DNA of 61,292 nt, filler included. It is 8 parts of 8 records of this genome, joined end to end, with 100 filler letters (N's around TTAATTAATTAA, not from the genome) between each part and the next. Parts side by side here need not be neighbours in the genome. Positions count along the whole stretch, not along the records: positions 35,230 to 38,925 come from SRR7504441_696; positions 39,026 to 46,203 come from SRR7504441_699; positions 46,304 to 54,827 come from SRR7504441_702; 5 more parts are not named here. One strand, given 5' to 3'. A program made the translations under genes and the position numbers. Positions 37,724 through 49,400 of this stretch are shown here, piece by piece. The notes beneath the pieces were generated by a model. The model saw only the letters and a program-made list of their open reading frames with translations. It did not search any database and was not told where the DNA came from. Numbering within the stretch: the first letter of the stretch is position 1; the number at the start of each line of letters is the position of its first letter.

Positions 37724-38759
37724 ATGGTGCGACGCTCGTGCGGGTGCGAGATCTCAGCGGTGCGTGTGACAGGGTTGCGGTGGATCCAAAGACGAGAAGG
37801 AGGTAGGGAAGCCGGTCGAGAAGCAGGCTGCTCCACCAGCTGCCAAGCCGGCGGACAAGGCGCCGGAGCCAGTCGCCAAAGCGGGCCCGGCGCCAGTGGC
37901 GTGGGCCGGAGAGGACCTGACCAACATGATGAAGGACTACTTCACGCGGTACGACCTGGACGGGTCCGGGACGATCAACACGACGGAGGAGCTCAAGCAG
38001 CTCTGCACCAACCTGGTGGTCAAGCTCGAGCTGGACATGGACGTCGCGGCGATCGATACGCTGGTCAATCAAGCTGAGACCATGGGGCTAATTAACCAGG
38101 ATTTCAACTTCGAGGAGTTCAAGAACTGGTTCATCGCCAAGAAGAACTTCGCGGCCCACCCGTCGTGGAAGGCCACCGACATTGACGAGGAGGACGAGGG
38201 CGAGCCCGAGGGGCGCTGGCTGTACCGTGGGACATACACCTGCACGGTCACCTCTGAGGGCGAGGGCGAGTTCGAACCGCACACGTTCGACTTCATGATG
38301 CTGTACGAGGATAAGGACATGGGTAAGCTCGTGACGCGCGTCTACAATGATGAGAACCTGGGCGCTGAGGAGATGAAGCCACAGGTGCCAGGCGGCAAGC
38401 CCGAGTACGCGTACAAGGGGCTGCACACCATCGCTGGAAGCATCGATCACGTGAGTGGGCCTGGCTGGCAGCATCTGAGTGTGCCGGGCAGACCAAGAAG
38501 GAAATCGAGTTCACCAAGAGCTATGACGTTGACATGAATAAGGACACCAAGGAGCCGATCCTCGTCTTCAAGGGCAAGGAGGACGGCCACTACACCAAGA
38601 TCGCAGGCAGCTGGGAGGACACCGAGACCGACCCGGCGGCGCAGGCTATCCGCACTCAACTGAAGATGGGCACTAAAGGGACTTTCAGCATGGTGCGTGG
38701 CCGACCCAGTGACAGCCACTCACCCGTGCGGACAGGTGAAGAAGGAGAAGAGCAACTGA
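37724..38759 (+). CDS. EF-hand protein with MGCGGS dual-acylation N-terminus
   Basis: ATG|intron 37727-37772|GGT TGC GGT gives MGCGGSK; EF loop DLDGSGTINTTEE; two further short introns. Confidence 0.8.
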
Positions 38760-38901
38760 TGGATGTCGGTGGATCACTCCATGGGAAGCAGACTCTGGCG
38801 ATAGCTGAATAGGACATCGCCCTCGTGCTCTCGAAAAAGTTTTGGCACACAAACTCTAGTTAATTTCATTATACATCGGCTCTAGGCTTGGAACTTTAGC
38901 T

Positions 38902-38925
38902 AGATCGGAAGAGCACACGTCTGAA
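38902..38925 (+). other. Illumina TruSeq adapter remnant
   Basis: AGATCGGAAGAGCACACGTCTGAA at the contig end. Confidence 0.97.
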
Positions 38926-39205
38926 NNNNNNNNNNNNNNNNNNNNNNNNNNNNNNNNNNNNNNNNNNNNTTAATTAATTAANNNNNNNNNNNNNNNNNNN
39001 NNNNNNNNNNNNNNNNNNNNNNNNNCTCTTGCTTGGCCTCCACAAGGAACTCATCCGTGCTGAGGGGGTGTTCCCCCTCTGAACTGATCATAAGCGTCAT
39101 GAGTGCCTCAGTGGACTAAGATAAAGAAAGAGCTACGGTAGTGTATAAACTAAGACTTACCATGCATGGACATAATCACATAGCGCCGCATTTATTTGAT
39201 TGGAG

Positions 39206-40531
39206 TCATCTAGCGTGGCTATGCTTTGCGGGTGGGCTGGATTTGGGCTCTATGAGCCAATACTTGCCGAACAACAACACGAGCAACCGAGTGACGCCCT
39301 GCGCCAACAAGCTGTATATCCAATTCCAACAAGCGAACGCGCACACGCAGATCACGCACGCGGCAAGCACCAACCGGGTGTCAAAGATCATCATCGGCAT
39401 CAGGGCAATCACGGTGAGCGTGCCGCCGCCTACAATCACCAGCCTGCCGATCTCCTTGCCCACCAGGTGCAAGTAGTCATCCCGTGTGATCGCCCGACCG
39501 TCGTCCGAGTCAACTGACACGGCGTACCGAGACAGGTTGACCATCGCACGCACCAGGTGGACCAGAGACTGGATCAGCACTGGCACGCTAGTGAACAAAT
39601 GGTAGCCCAGCACAGCTCCGACCGGGTAGTGCGGGCACAGGCGGCCGTAGCAGAGCACGCCTACCCTGTAGAGGAAGACAATCCCAACCAACGAGATGAC
39701 GGACCTGAAAGTGTTCCAAGCAACGTACGAAACTTGCGGTGAGTGCCACTGCTTCTTAATGATTTGATTTGTTGAGTGCTCACAGTTGCGTGAGAACACA
39801 TTAAATGTGGGGTGCTGCTGTTGGAACCGGAGTGCTCGGGCCACGATCGTGTCGCGCTCCTGCTCGGTGGGCGGGCAGGGCTCGACCAACTTGAATATGT
39901 GCGGCATGTCACTGTAGTCACAGAGCGGTACGATGTTGTAACTGCACTTATCCATAAAGAAGTTAATAATCCCGGTGAGTCCCGTCCCTGTCGGACCGAG
40001 CACAGTCTCGTATGCGCACTGGGGGGTGCTCGAGTACTCGATGAGGCAGGCGAAGTCGCCGTCGGCGCGCCGGGGCACTCCCTTTTGATCCACATAGGCC
40101 ACATCGTCGATCATCAGAAAGTGGTGGTACAATCTAAACAGCTCCCAGCTGCCTAGCTTGCTCAGCATCGTGTCGAATCCGGGTGAGACCGTCCGAATCA
40201 GGTTGAGAGGGATCAAGCAGTGGTCGCCCCGACGGAGTAGACCCACCGCGTGCACTTCCCGAATCACCGCTTGATCGTCCACGTACAGGATGGGCGGGCA
40301 CACCGGCCGGCCCAAGTCGGCGGCCGACCACTCTGTCCGTTGGTCAGGCTTGAACGCGAACGAGAACGAGACCACCGGCAGTCGGCGGCCGTCTGCTGTG
40401 CGGTGAGAGACCACCGACGAACCACGGACTGGCCCCAGCGGCAGCCAGCTGACCAGCCGGCGCCAGGCGCTCCAGGCCAGACCGAGCCCGCCCCGGGAGG
40501 CCGGGAGCGCCCGGTGTCTATTCAGCACCAT
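39206..40531 (-). CDS. LRAT/PLAAT-like (NC-domain) protein with C-terminal TM helices, intronless
   Basis: LRRGDH, YHHF, IVARA..FNVFSRNCEH, SPQV; hydrophobic C-terminus. Confidence 0.75.
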   Translation of the reverse strand: MVLNRHRALPASRGGLGLAWSAWRRLVSWLPLGPVRGSSVVSHRTADGRRLPVVSFSFAFKPDQRTEWSAADLGRPVCPPILYVDDQAVIREVHAVGLLRRGDHCLIPLNLIRTVSPGFDTMLSKLGSWELFRLYHHFLMIDDVAYVDQKGVPRRADGDFACLIEYSSTPQCAYETVLGPTGTGLTGIINFFMDKCSYNIVPLCDYSDMPHIFKLVEPCPPTEQERDTIVARALRFQQQHPTFNVFSRNCEHSTNQIIKKQWHSPQVSYVAWNTFRSVISLVGIVFLYRVGVLCYGRLCPHYPVGAVLGYHLFTSVPVLIQSLVHLVRAMVNLSRYAVSVDSDDGRAITRDDYLHLVGKEIGRLVIVGGGTLTVIALMPMMIFDTRLVLAACVICVCAFACWNWIYSLLAQGVTRLLVLLFGKYWLIEPKSSPPAKHSHAR

Positions 40532-40605
40532 TGTGCACGCGTGCCTGAGAACGTGGGCGTCACCGGGGGCTAGTAACGGAAATTCGACATCTCATCAAAG
40601 CTCCA

Positions 40606-41772
40606 ATGGTCACCAAGCTGACTCTGGTGTGCTCGGCCGTCTTGGCGGTGGGGGCTGTCCACGGAGCTCGTCTGAGCTTCGGCGGGCCGGTGCCACTCCC
40701 GCACGGCGGCAAGATGTCCAACACGCTGGACCTTTACCCGGCCGGGGTGGCCAGCAACGGACAGAGCTCGGTGGACGGAGGCCGGAGCTACCAGAAGCTG
40801 CAGTTCAACCTGAGCCGTTACGACGCCTGGACCAGCTTCGCCAGCTACACCGACCCGACCACCAAGGCCCGCTGGGCCCACAGCTTCGGCGCCCCCGGGG
40901 AGGTGCTGGTGCCGGCACCGAACGCGACCAGCTTCGGGTCTACCAACGGCACCCACTCGTTCCAGTTCAAGGCAGGTCAGCTGGTCCGGACTGCCGGGCC
41001 CAACGTCTCGTTCTCCGGTCTGCCGGCCTCGCCGTGCGGCCCGTGGACGCCATACGCCTCGGGGCATGTGCAACTCCCGAGTGGGCTCCACCTGCAGACC
41101 GGGATGTGGCGCACATGCTCCCCCGCGAGCAACAACATTGGGATCTTCGGGTCCAAAGACGGGTACGAGTACGAGTTCATAGCCTACGTGGCCCGGTCGG
41201 CGGACGTCCCCTCGAGCAGCGAGGGCCCCAACGAACATGACCTCGCACTGCTGCCCGACGGGAGACTGCTGGTGGTGTTCCGGACGGGAGCCGGCGACGG
41301 CCGTGGCCAGTACGAGCCTTACATGCGGACCGTCTCGAGTGACGGTGGGAAGACCTGGTCCAAACCGCAGCCGATCATGGACACGGATGGGCACTACGCT
41401 GGGTGCGCTCGGCCTCATCTTCTCCAGCTTGGGAGTAACACTCTGCTCTCAGGCGGCCGTATGATGATGGGTCGGGACTACAGCCGCAGCTTCAGCATCT
41501 GGCTCTCGCAGGACTCGGGCCTCACATGGCAACGGTTCGACGGGAGCTACCAGCACAACCTGAACGCCCATCTGACCCACGCACCGCTCTGGCCGGCAGA
41601 TTGCAACAGAACAGGCTGGCGGTTCCAGTACACCAGCGGGTACGTTGGGCTGGTCAGGGTGGGCGAGGCGTCGGCGGCGGTGTTGTACGACTTGATGATT
41701 GCGCCCCCGGAGGAGAAGCTCGGGCACAACCCGGCGTTTAGCTTCTCGATGCGGATTGACGTTGTTCCGTGA
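40606..41772 (+). CDS. Secreted BNR/Asp-box (sialidase-like) beta-propeller protein, intronless
   Basis: Signal peptide; Asp-boxes SSDGGKTW and SQDSGLTW; NEHDLALLPDGRLLVVFR; ARPHL; TSGY. Confidence 0.8.
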   Translation: MVTKLTLVCSAVLAVGAVHGARLSFGGPVPLPHGGKMSNTLDLYPAGVASNGQSSVDGGRSYQKLQFNLSRYDAWTSFASYTDPTTKARWAHSFGAPGEVLVPAPNATSFGSTNGTHSFQFKAGQLVRTAGPNVSFSGLPASPCGPWTPYASGHVQLPSGLHLQTGMWRTCSPASNNIGIFGSKDGYEYEFIAYVARSADVPSSSEGPNEHDLALLPDGRLLVVFRTGAGDGRGQYEPYMRTVSSDGGKTWSKPQPIMDTDGHYAGCARPHLLQLGSNTLLSGGRMMMGRDYSRSFSIWLSQDSGLTWQRFDGSYQHNLNAHLTHAPLWPADCNRTGWRFQYTSGYVGLVRVGEASAAVLYDLMIAPPEEKLGHNPAFSFSMRIDVVP

Positions 41773-41958
41773 TGACACAAGGCATAGTCCATTTATTTAC
41801 TCTAGTGCTCATCGGCGGTACATCGGCGGGTAATCCGCGTGATGAGATTGCTTGCAAGTCAACTTTCTATATGATCATGTGGTGAGACCGCTCAAAAGAA
41901 GGGAAATCAGATCAAAATCCAATAACATGCTTGTTCAAACTGGTCATGCCTAAACTCA

Positions 41959-44900
41959 TTATTGATCTGTGCTCGAACTAGATGCTTGTACGGTTGCTTT
42001 GCGTCGCTTGTTTTCCTTTTGGATCAACTCGTTGACTTGCGTGAACAAGGCCTTGGTTTTCTTGTCGAACCCCCCGGCACACTGGTACACTCGGAAAGAG
42101 AACTGTGCGGCATCGTTCAGCAGCTTGCTCACAAAGTGAGGCATCTCAATCACGCCAATATTCTGCTCGCCCCAGCGGTTGGCAAGAGCCAGGGCCAGTG
42201 TGCACGCTCTCGAGGCAAGCACGACCGTGGATCGCGCCACCTTGTCCACAAGCGGTACATCCAAGTGAATTCTGGCAGCTTCGAACTTAGCCTGATCAGC
42301 CTCCCTGCCGGCGGTGACACTCAACCACGCCCTGCCAAACTATGCTCACCGGTTGCGCTTGAGTGGCTCTAGCCACTGCATGATCGAGTCCATCAACGCT
42401 CCGAGCTTGACCATCTCAGCGGGCGCCTCCAGCTGCTCGCTAGGCCAACTGCCAACGCCCACTCAGCCACTCGCTAGAGCTATTAGCGACCTGCTGATCT
42501 TCTCAGTCAGATCTGACAGCGCACGGTGCCGCTTGATGGCTATGTTCATGCACTCGACCTTGCTGTGCGGCCAGCTGTCGATTGCTCGCAACACTTCGCC
42601 CTCGCGCTCCCCAAACGGCTCGAGCTGCCTCTCCACCCGTCGCCACATCCTCAGAATCGCCGCGTGCTCACGCCCGTCGAATTCCACAATTTCCTGCGCA
42701 AGATCTCGCAACCTCGCGCCGTACTTGTCAACGTCTGCATTGACCTGTGCAAAGAACTTGGATTTGCCTTTAAGCTCATCCGTTATGCTCTGAGGCTCAG
42801 CCGGCTCGGCCCCTGGACTCAGTCCGCTTGCTCGTCGCGACTGTCTGCTCGCGTTTGGCGACCCTTGCAGCTGTCGCATCATGGCCAGCACGCCTGCATC
42901 TCGCGAAATGTCATCTTCAGCCCCCAAATCGAGCGGACTGTCGTTCTTGCCGCGGGTTGGCGGGCCTTTCCCCTTGCCGCCTTTGCTGCCCTTACCGCCA
43001 CGAGGCACAAAGCTCTTTGCCGCTGCTGAGCTCGAGGCGCTCGTTGGCACCGGGGCGCAAAGCGCCGCTGCCTGGCTACCCTTGGCCGCTCTATGCTGCT
43101 TGCCCGAGCTGACCTTTGGCACATCGCGGCTCCCCAATTTCTGCCCCCTCGTCAGCTGAAAGCCGTCAGGCATGGGATACCTGCTTGAGCTCGCTCACCA
43201 TATCGTTCACCGGTTTCATTTTGGCCTGCGCCCCGCCGTCAGCCGCACAGGCACACAAAGCCTGCACCTGCTTCGCTGATTCAGCTCGGGCGTCGGCTTC
43301 TTTCCTGGCAGCTCGCGAGGCTGATTGGCTGGCCTCTGGTTGTGGGGGCTGTGGGGGTGGGACTTGTACAAGATTGGGCATGGCCTGGTCATCGCCGGGG
43401 CTGTCCGGCATCGTGCTGGAATCCTCAGTGTACGGCTCGTGGATCCTTGCTTCCAGCTCCTCAGCCTGCTTCTGGAGCGCCTTCCGCTGCTTCCTGGGCA
43501 GCGCCAGCATCTGTCTCTGCAACTCGAACAGCTGGGTTTGCAACTCCTTCAAGCGCGCTTCAGCTCGCTCCTCGGCGGTCAACGCGACCGGCTGCTCTTC
43601 CTCCTCGACATATCCCAACTTCTGCACCGCACACCCGGTCATCAGCAGGTTCTGGACCTGCTCAGCTGATAACTGTTTTGGGATCCCTCTGAGGTCTCGC
43701 TCAGCTAGCCGCCGCTGCTCGCCTAGAACGTTGTGCTTGTCCATCAGCTGCCGCTCGATTATGGCCAAATCGGTTGGCTCGAGCTCGCCCTTGATCACCA
43801 CCAGCTCCGCCACTATGTTCACACAGCCATCCCCAAACTCGTTCCCGGATGTCGCACCAAGCACCAGCCCGTCCAGCGGAGCGTCCCCCACATCCCCAAT
43901 CCCCGCCAGGGCGCCGTCCACACGGAGCCATGACCGGTCCCCGTTGAACCCGCAGCAGAGCACATGAGGGGCCCCCGCCGTGCAGTCCGCCCATAGACCC
44001 TTCCGGTTGGGCCAGCGTTGAGCCTCCGGCGGGGTGGGGAGCGGCCAGCGCCGCTCGGGCTTGCCGGGCCCGTCGTTCGCCCAGGCGCAGGCCTCACAGC
44101 AGTCGAAATCGCACGCGCTGCAGCCGCGCATCCTGGTGCCGATCGGGCAGGGGTCCAGCTCACACACGTCGCACTTGACTAGCTGGCGGCACAGCGCGGG
44201 GTGCAGCACCACAAACGGCTCGAGCAAGTGACCGGCCGCGCAGGTCGGCCTGACGGGGGTGTTCGTTTTGGCCGGGGGCGACGGCAGGGGCTGCGCAAGC
44301 ATGCATACGCCAGGCTGAGGAGCTTTGTTCCTCCGCATGTACAATGGATCTGTGGGCCGGGGTTCGCTGAAGCTGATCTGCACCCGCGAGTCCTGACTGG
44401 AGAGCAGCGGGCCGGTTGCCTGCTCGTCCGCACTGGCCACTAGCACTATCGTGAACGGCTGCTCAATCGGCTGACTGGTTCTGCTCATGATTGGCGCCGG
44501 ACTGGCCATCCCACTCTCCCTACACATCAGCGCCACGACCGGCGCCCCAGCCCGCCACGGGCTGGGCTGGAGCACCGGGCACCCGCCGGCCAGTGGCTCG
44601 AATACGCCTGCCAGCGGCCTCGGCCGGGCCGCAGGGTCCACCCGACTGAACCGGCGGTCTCGTGAGGACAGCACCGCTTGACCCAGGAACGCCCCAGCCT
44701 GCGCGTCCGTCTGGGGCCGCCAGGCCCACACCGGCGGCCCGTCATCCCCATGCGGCCCAAGTGCGGTGTCGGCAGCCGGGTCCCACCAGGTCGTGCGGCG
44801 GTCTGCCAGCACTCTGGCGGCTACAGGCAACGCCACCAATGCCCACTGGGAACAGACAGAGGCCAGCCGACTCCCAAACGCCAGGCTGCCGGCCCATCGC

Positions 44901-45166
44901 ACCAGCGGGCCGATCCAGTCCGCCGGCGGGGCCGGGAGCCGGCCTGCGAGCAGCGGATTCGGGGCCTCTTGGGGCCAGTCCGCCAGCTCGAGCATCGCGG
45001 CCACTTGGCTGTCGTACAGCTGGGCAGCCTCATCCAATTCGAGGTCGAGCGCCGCATCCAGCTCGTCCCCGGCGGTGCTAGAGCCCGCGCCCATCACCGC
45101 ATGCACCGCCATAGCCTCCACGGCCCTCTCCTCGGCCGTGGTGAGGGCGATCTCCAGGGTCTTCAT
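41959..45166 (-). CDS. Multidomain protein: F-box-like / LamG-like with inserted Zn finger / coiled coil / CHUP1 C-terminal domain
   Basis: ORFs 43166-45199, 42463-43173 and 41959-42324 join through GT-AG introns (43141-43180 and two at 42300-42490). C-terminus ELKGKSKFFAQVNADV..EVLRAIDSWPHSK..QFSFRVYQCAGGFD. Confidence 0.75.
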
Positions 45167-45226
45167 CGCACCAAAGTGAACACTTCCTGAATTTTTCACC
45201 GAGAGAGGTCAAGGTCAACCCGCCAC

Positions 45227-45814
45227 ATGAAGCACGGCGGGTCGACGGCCGCCTCTGGGCGGGTGCGCTGCCTCGTCCAGCACCTGTGCGGCGCCCCACG
45301 GTGCCCCCGCCCCGCTTGCGCCCGGTGCGAGCACGCTGTCTGGGCAGACTCGCAACGCAGAAGCTCTGGCTGGCCGCAAAGGAGGGCAATGCCGACGAGG
45401 TGCGGGCCTGCCTGCGAGTCGTCCCAGCCCGGGCGCAGGCCAAGCTCCGGCTGGAGATGGGCGGCTCGCCGGTCTGGGCGGATCCCGAATTCTTCGACTA
45501 CACTCCGCTGCACATGGCCGCGGCGGCCGGGCACACCGAGCTATGCCGGCTGCTGATTGCGGCCGGGGCGGCGGTTGATCCCCGTTCGGAGAGTCACGAG
45601 ACCCCGCTGATCATGGCCGCCAGGGCCGGGTGGGCGCACCGCTCCTTCCGCTGGTGAGCGCCGTGCGGGCAGGCACAAGCCCTGTGTGGAGCTGCTGCTA
45701 GAGAAGGGGGCCGACCGCGAGGCCCGTACAAACTACAAGCCGCCGATGGCCAAGAGCGCGCAGGAGTACATAGACCAGATGGAACTGGCCATCGCTGAGC
45801 AGAGCTGCCACTGA
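45227..45814 (+). CDS. Small ankyrin-repeat protein
   Basis: LWLAAKEGN, YTPLHMAAAAGH, ETPLIMAARAG|HKPCVELLLEKGAD; short introns. Confidence 0.8.
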
Positions 45815-46303
45815 GTCTGGGCTGTCTGATGTGGGCGCAGCTCTGGGCTACATTTGTTGAATTGCTTTACACAGCGCGCTTTCGATATATACTTGTAAAT
45901 AATTATGAAATAATTATGATGTCGCAGTCTACGTACGTACAATCATCTACCTCTAATTTCCCTTTTGTGCACGTGCTGGCGTCACTCCGTACCGACCATC
46001 TGTAGCAACCTCCATACGAAGTGGGAGTAAGTCGCAATCTCACAGAGTGCCGTCCGTCCGTCCGTCCGTATACGTACGAGACAAGTCATAGTACGAAGGT
46101 TCGTCTTCTGTATTAAGTGATCGAAACCGAGCCCACGGCGTCGGAGGCGTTATGCATAAGTACTCAGCGCGTGGGCGATCGGCATGTCGGCTCTAGCCTC
46201 CTCNNNNNNNNNNNNNNNNNNNNNNNNNNNNNNNNNNNNNNNNNNNNTTAATTAATTAANNNNNNNNNNNNNNNNNNNNNNNNNNNNNNNNNNNNNNNNN
46301 NNN

Positions 46304-46432
46304 GGCCACTGCCTCGAGCACCTGTGGGTCCTCCTGACTGACCGCAAAGTGCTGCTGGGGCTCCTCCTGGCTCTCTGTCGGTCCCGAGTCGCCCCACAGG
46401 TCCACCGAGTCCTCCCTGGAGTCCTCCGCCAT
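46304..46432 (-). CDS. 5' fragment of an unknown gene divergent from SMC6
   Basis: MAEDSREDSVDLWG... open to the contig edge. Confidence 0.45.
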
Positions 46433-46496
46433 GATGCGACCTTCGAGGCTGCAGCGCGGCAATGGGTTTGAACGAGGGTCGCTGAGGGAGGCGCGG

Positions 46497-49400
46497 ATGG
46501 AGCAGTCGCCGTCGGAGCAGCAGCAGCAGCAGCGGTTGCCGGCGGTGGAGCAGCAGTGCGACTCTGACGAGGCGGCGGACGGGAGCGAGTGCGGCGTGAT
46601 CGAGCACGTCTATCTGGAGAACTTCAGGATCCACGAGAAGCTGAACGTGGACCTCAACCCCAACATCAACTTTGTGGTGGGCGACAACGGCTCCGGCAAG
46701 AGCTCGATCCTGTCGGCCATCTCGGTGGCGCTGTGCGGGCGGACCAAGGCCACTGGGCAGGGCTCAACGCTCAAAGACCTGGTTCGGTGGGGGGCGAAGT
46801 GCGCTGCCCGCGAGGCGGGACCGAGGCGCGGGCAGGACCGCCAAGATCGTGCTCCAGATCCGGAACGTGGGCGCCGACGCCTTCCGGAAGGAGGCGTATG
46901 GGGACAGTATCAGTGCGCTGGCCGGCGGCCTGCGGCGGCTGAGCTGGGCTGGCAGCCATCGAGCGCAAGATCGGCACCACCAACTCGTTCGAGCTGAAGA
47001 GCCGTAACGGTGACGTGCACGTGACTGGCTGTGCTGAGCGCTGCGGCTGTCAGGGCAGAAAGTCACGCCAGCAAACAACAGGAGCACCAAGGAGGAAGTG
47101 CAGGCAATCGTAGAGCAGTTTAACATCCAGGTCGAGAATCCGATGATGATCATGACCCAGGTCTCACCCAGCGAGCCAGGCAGCGCTGAGCGGTCAGTGG
47201 CAGGAGAAGCAGAAGGTGTTCATCACTGCGACGCCCCGAATGCTCTTTGAGTTCTTCAACGAGGCGACTCAGCTGCGTGACATCGAGTCCGACTATCGAG
47301 TTATCGAGCAGGACATTCAAGAGGTGCCATCCCCTGTGCGGCGCTGTGTCGATCCGGCGCAGATCGAGCTGGCGAATCAGAAGACGGTCGATGAAGACCT
47401 GCCAAAGGCGCAGGATCAGTACGACAGGGCAGCGCGAGAGTACGAGAGTGTGAGGGGCTTGATGGGAGATCAAGAAAAGGTGGGCGGCTGCAGCTGTGCC
47501 GGCCGACCTTCTGGTGCAGGTGAAGGAGAAAAAATGTCAGTTGGCCTGGAAGCTGCTGTGGGAGGAGGAGCGCAAACTTGCAAAGGAAATCGAGGTAGAT
47601 GGCTGGCTTCTGGCGGCCCGAGTGACGTGCGGCAGACGCTCGAGAAGATGGACCAGCTCAAGCTGCAGTTCAAGGGCAAGGAGGAGGCGGTCTCTACTCA
47701 GATCGAGCAGCTGGAGCGCGAGGTGACCGAGGCCGAGGCCGAGTTTAGCAACGTCGAAGCAATGGCCGAAGATGACCTCAAGGAGGTCGAGGCGATGGAG
47801 GAAAATATCAAGCTGGCTACCAAGGAGCTCAAGACTGCCGAGAAAGAAGCCAAATCTTATGGCAAGGAGGTCAAGTCGAAGCGGAACGAGATCAGGCGTT
47901 GCAACAAGATGATAACCGAACTGACTGAAGATACCAATCCGCGGGCCAAAGAGATGCAAGCACTGCAGGCATGCCTGCTGGTTTGAAAGCCCGGCTAACT
48001 TGGGGCTTGCAGGATGAGGAGAACGAGTTGAGGCCGAAGTTTGAGGAGCAGCGAGCGCTGAGGGAGCAGTCTGGTAGGGAACAGGTGCAACTGAGCAAGG
48101 AAATTGAGGAATTGAAGCAAGCCATCGTGAGATCCAATAATGAAACAAGAGAATATGGTAACGAGTTAAAGGAACGCCACATGGAGATCGAGCGGAATAA
48201 GCAGGCCGCAGACAACGAGGTTTTGAGGTTCTTTATCGGAGCAGACCCTGGGAGGATCAGAAGACTGATGCAGGCAATTGAAAGTGATCGGCGATGGATA
48301 AAAACACCTGTGGGACCAATAGGCGTCAATGTCAAGCTGCGGACTGGTTGTGAAAAGCATGCGTTGGCAGTCGAAAACTGTATTTCATCAGTTCTGCGGA
48401 GCTTTGTTTGTGATAACCCGCAAGACAAGGAGCTTCTGTTTAAGATTCTAAAGCAGCACAAATTCGAGCGCACTCAAGTGATCACCTCTAGCTTCACCGC
48501 CAGGCACCGGACGCAGCGACCACCCAGCAGGGGCATCACCACAGTAGAAGATGTCCTCGACATCTCCAATGACGCAGCTTTCAATGTTCTGGTCGATTTC
48601 ACAAAAATCGAGAGCAACGTTGTGGCACAAAACTGGGAGGAGGCGGAAAGACTGGTCAAAAACGATAAGAAAATTATGAGGGCGTGGGCCCCAGACGGCC
48701 AGGCGATAACATTCCGGCACGGTTCAACAGCTTTCAGCCCGCCCAACATAAAGGATCGCCGTGCATGCCTTTTGACGGGAAGCTCAACCGAAAGGCTTGC
48801 TCAAGCTGAAGCGGACATGAAGTGGGTGACAGACAAGATCAGCCGTTTACAAGCATTGTGCCAAGAGGACAAACAAATGCTGGCCCAGAAGACCGAGGCA
48901 CACAACCAAGCCAGAGCCACATATAGCTCTGTCCACCGGGCTTATGAAGGCATGCAATCACGGCTGAGAGAAATTATGTTGATAGTGCAGGAGATTAAAG
49001 ACGAGATACAGGCAAAGGCGGGTGCACAGGAGAGTGGGAGGATAGAGGCTGCTGAGGCTCAGATTCAGGAGCTCAAGGAAGAGATTACACGCCTGGAAGA
49101 GGCGCAAGAAACAGCCAATGCGAAAGTGCGCCTCAAGCAGGAGGCGAAAGCCGAACTTGTGCAGCGGAAGGAAGCCCGACTCAATGAGGTATTTGAAATG
49201 ATGGATCAGAGGGGTAGCGAAGCACTCCAAAAAAAGATTTCAGAAAAGAAAAGCGAGATTGACGCCAAGAATCGATACCTGAAAGGCGAGCTACTCAAGA
49301 AAAGCCGCGATTTAGAAGCAAGCAGCAACGATAAGCAAGAATCCTTGCAGGCGCTGAAAGATAAAGTTGAAAAGAACAAGGTGGGTGTCAGAAGAATGGC

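Noticed and set aside
38902-38925. Distinct terminal sequence at a contig end
   Set aside because: Illumina adapter contamination.
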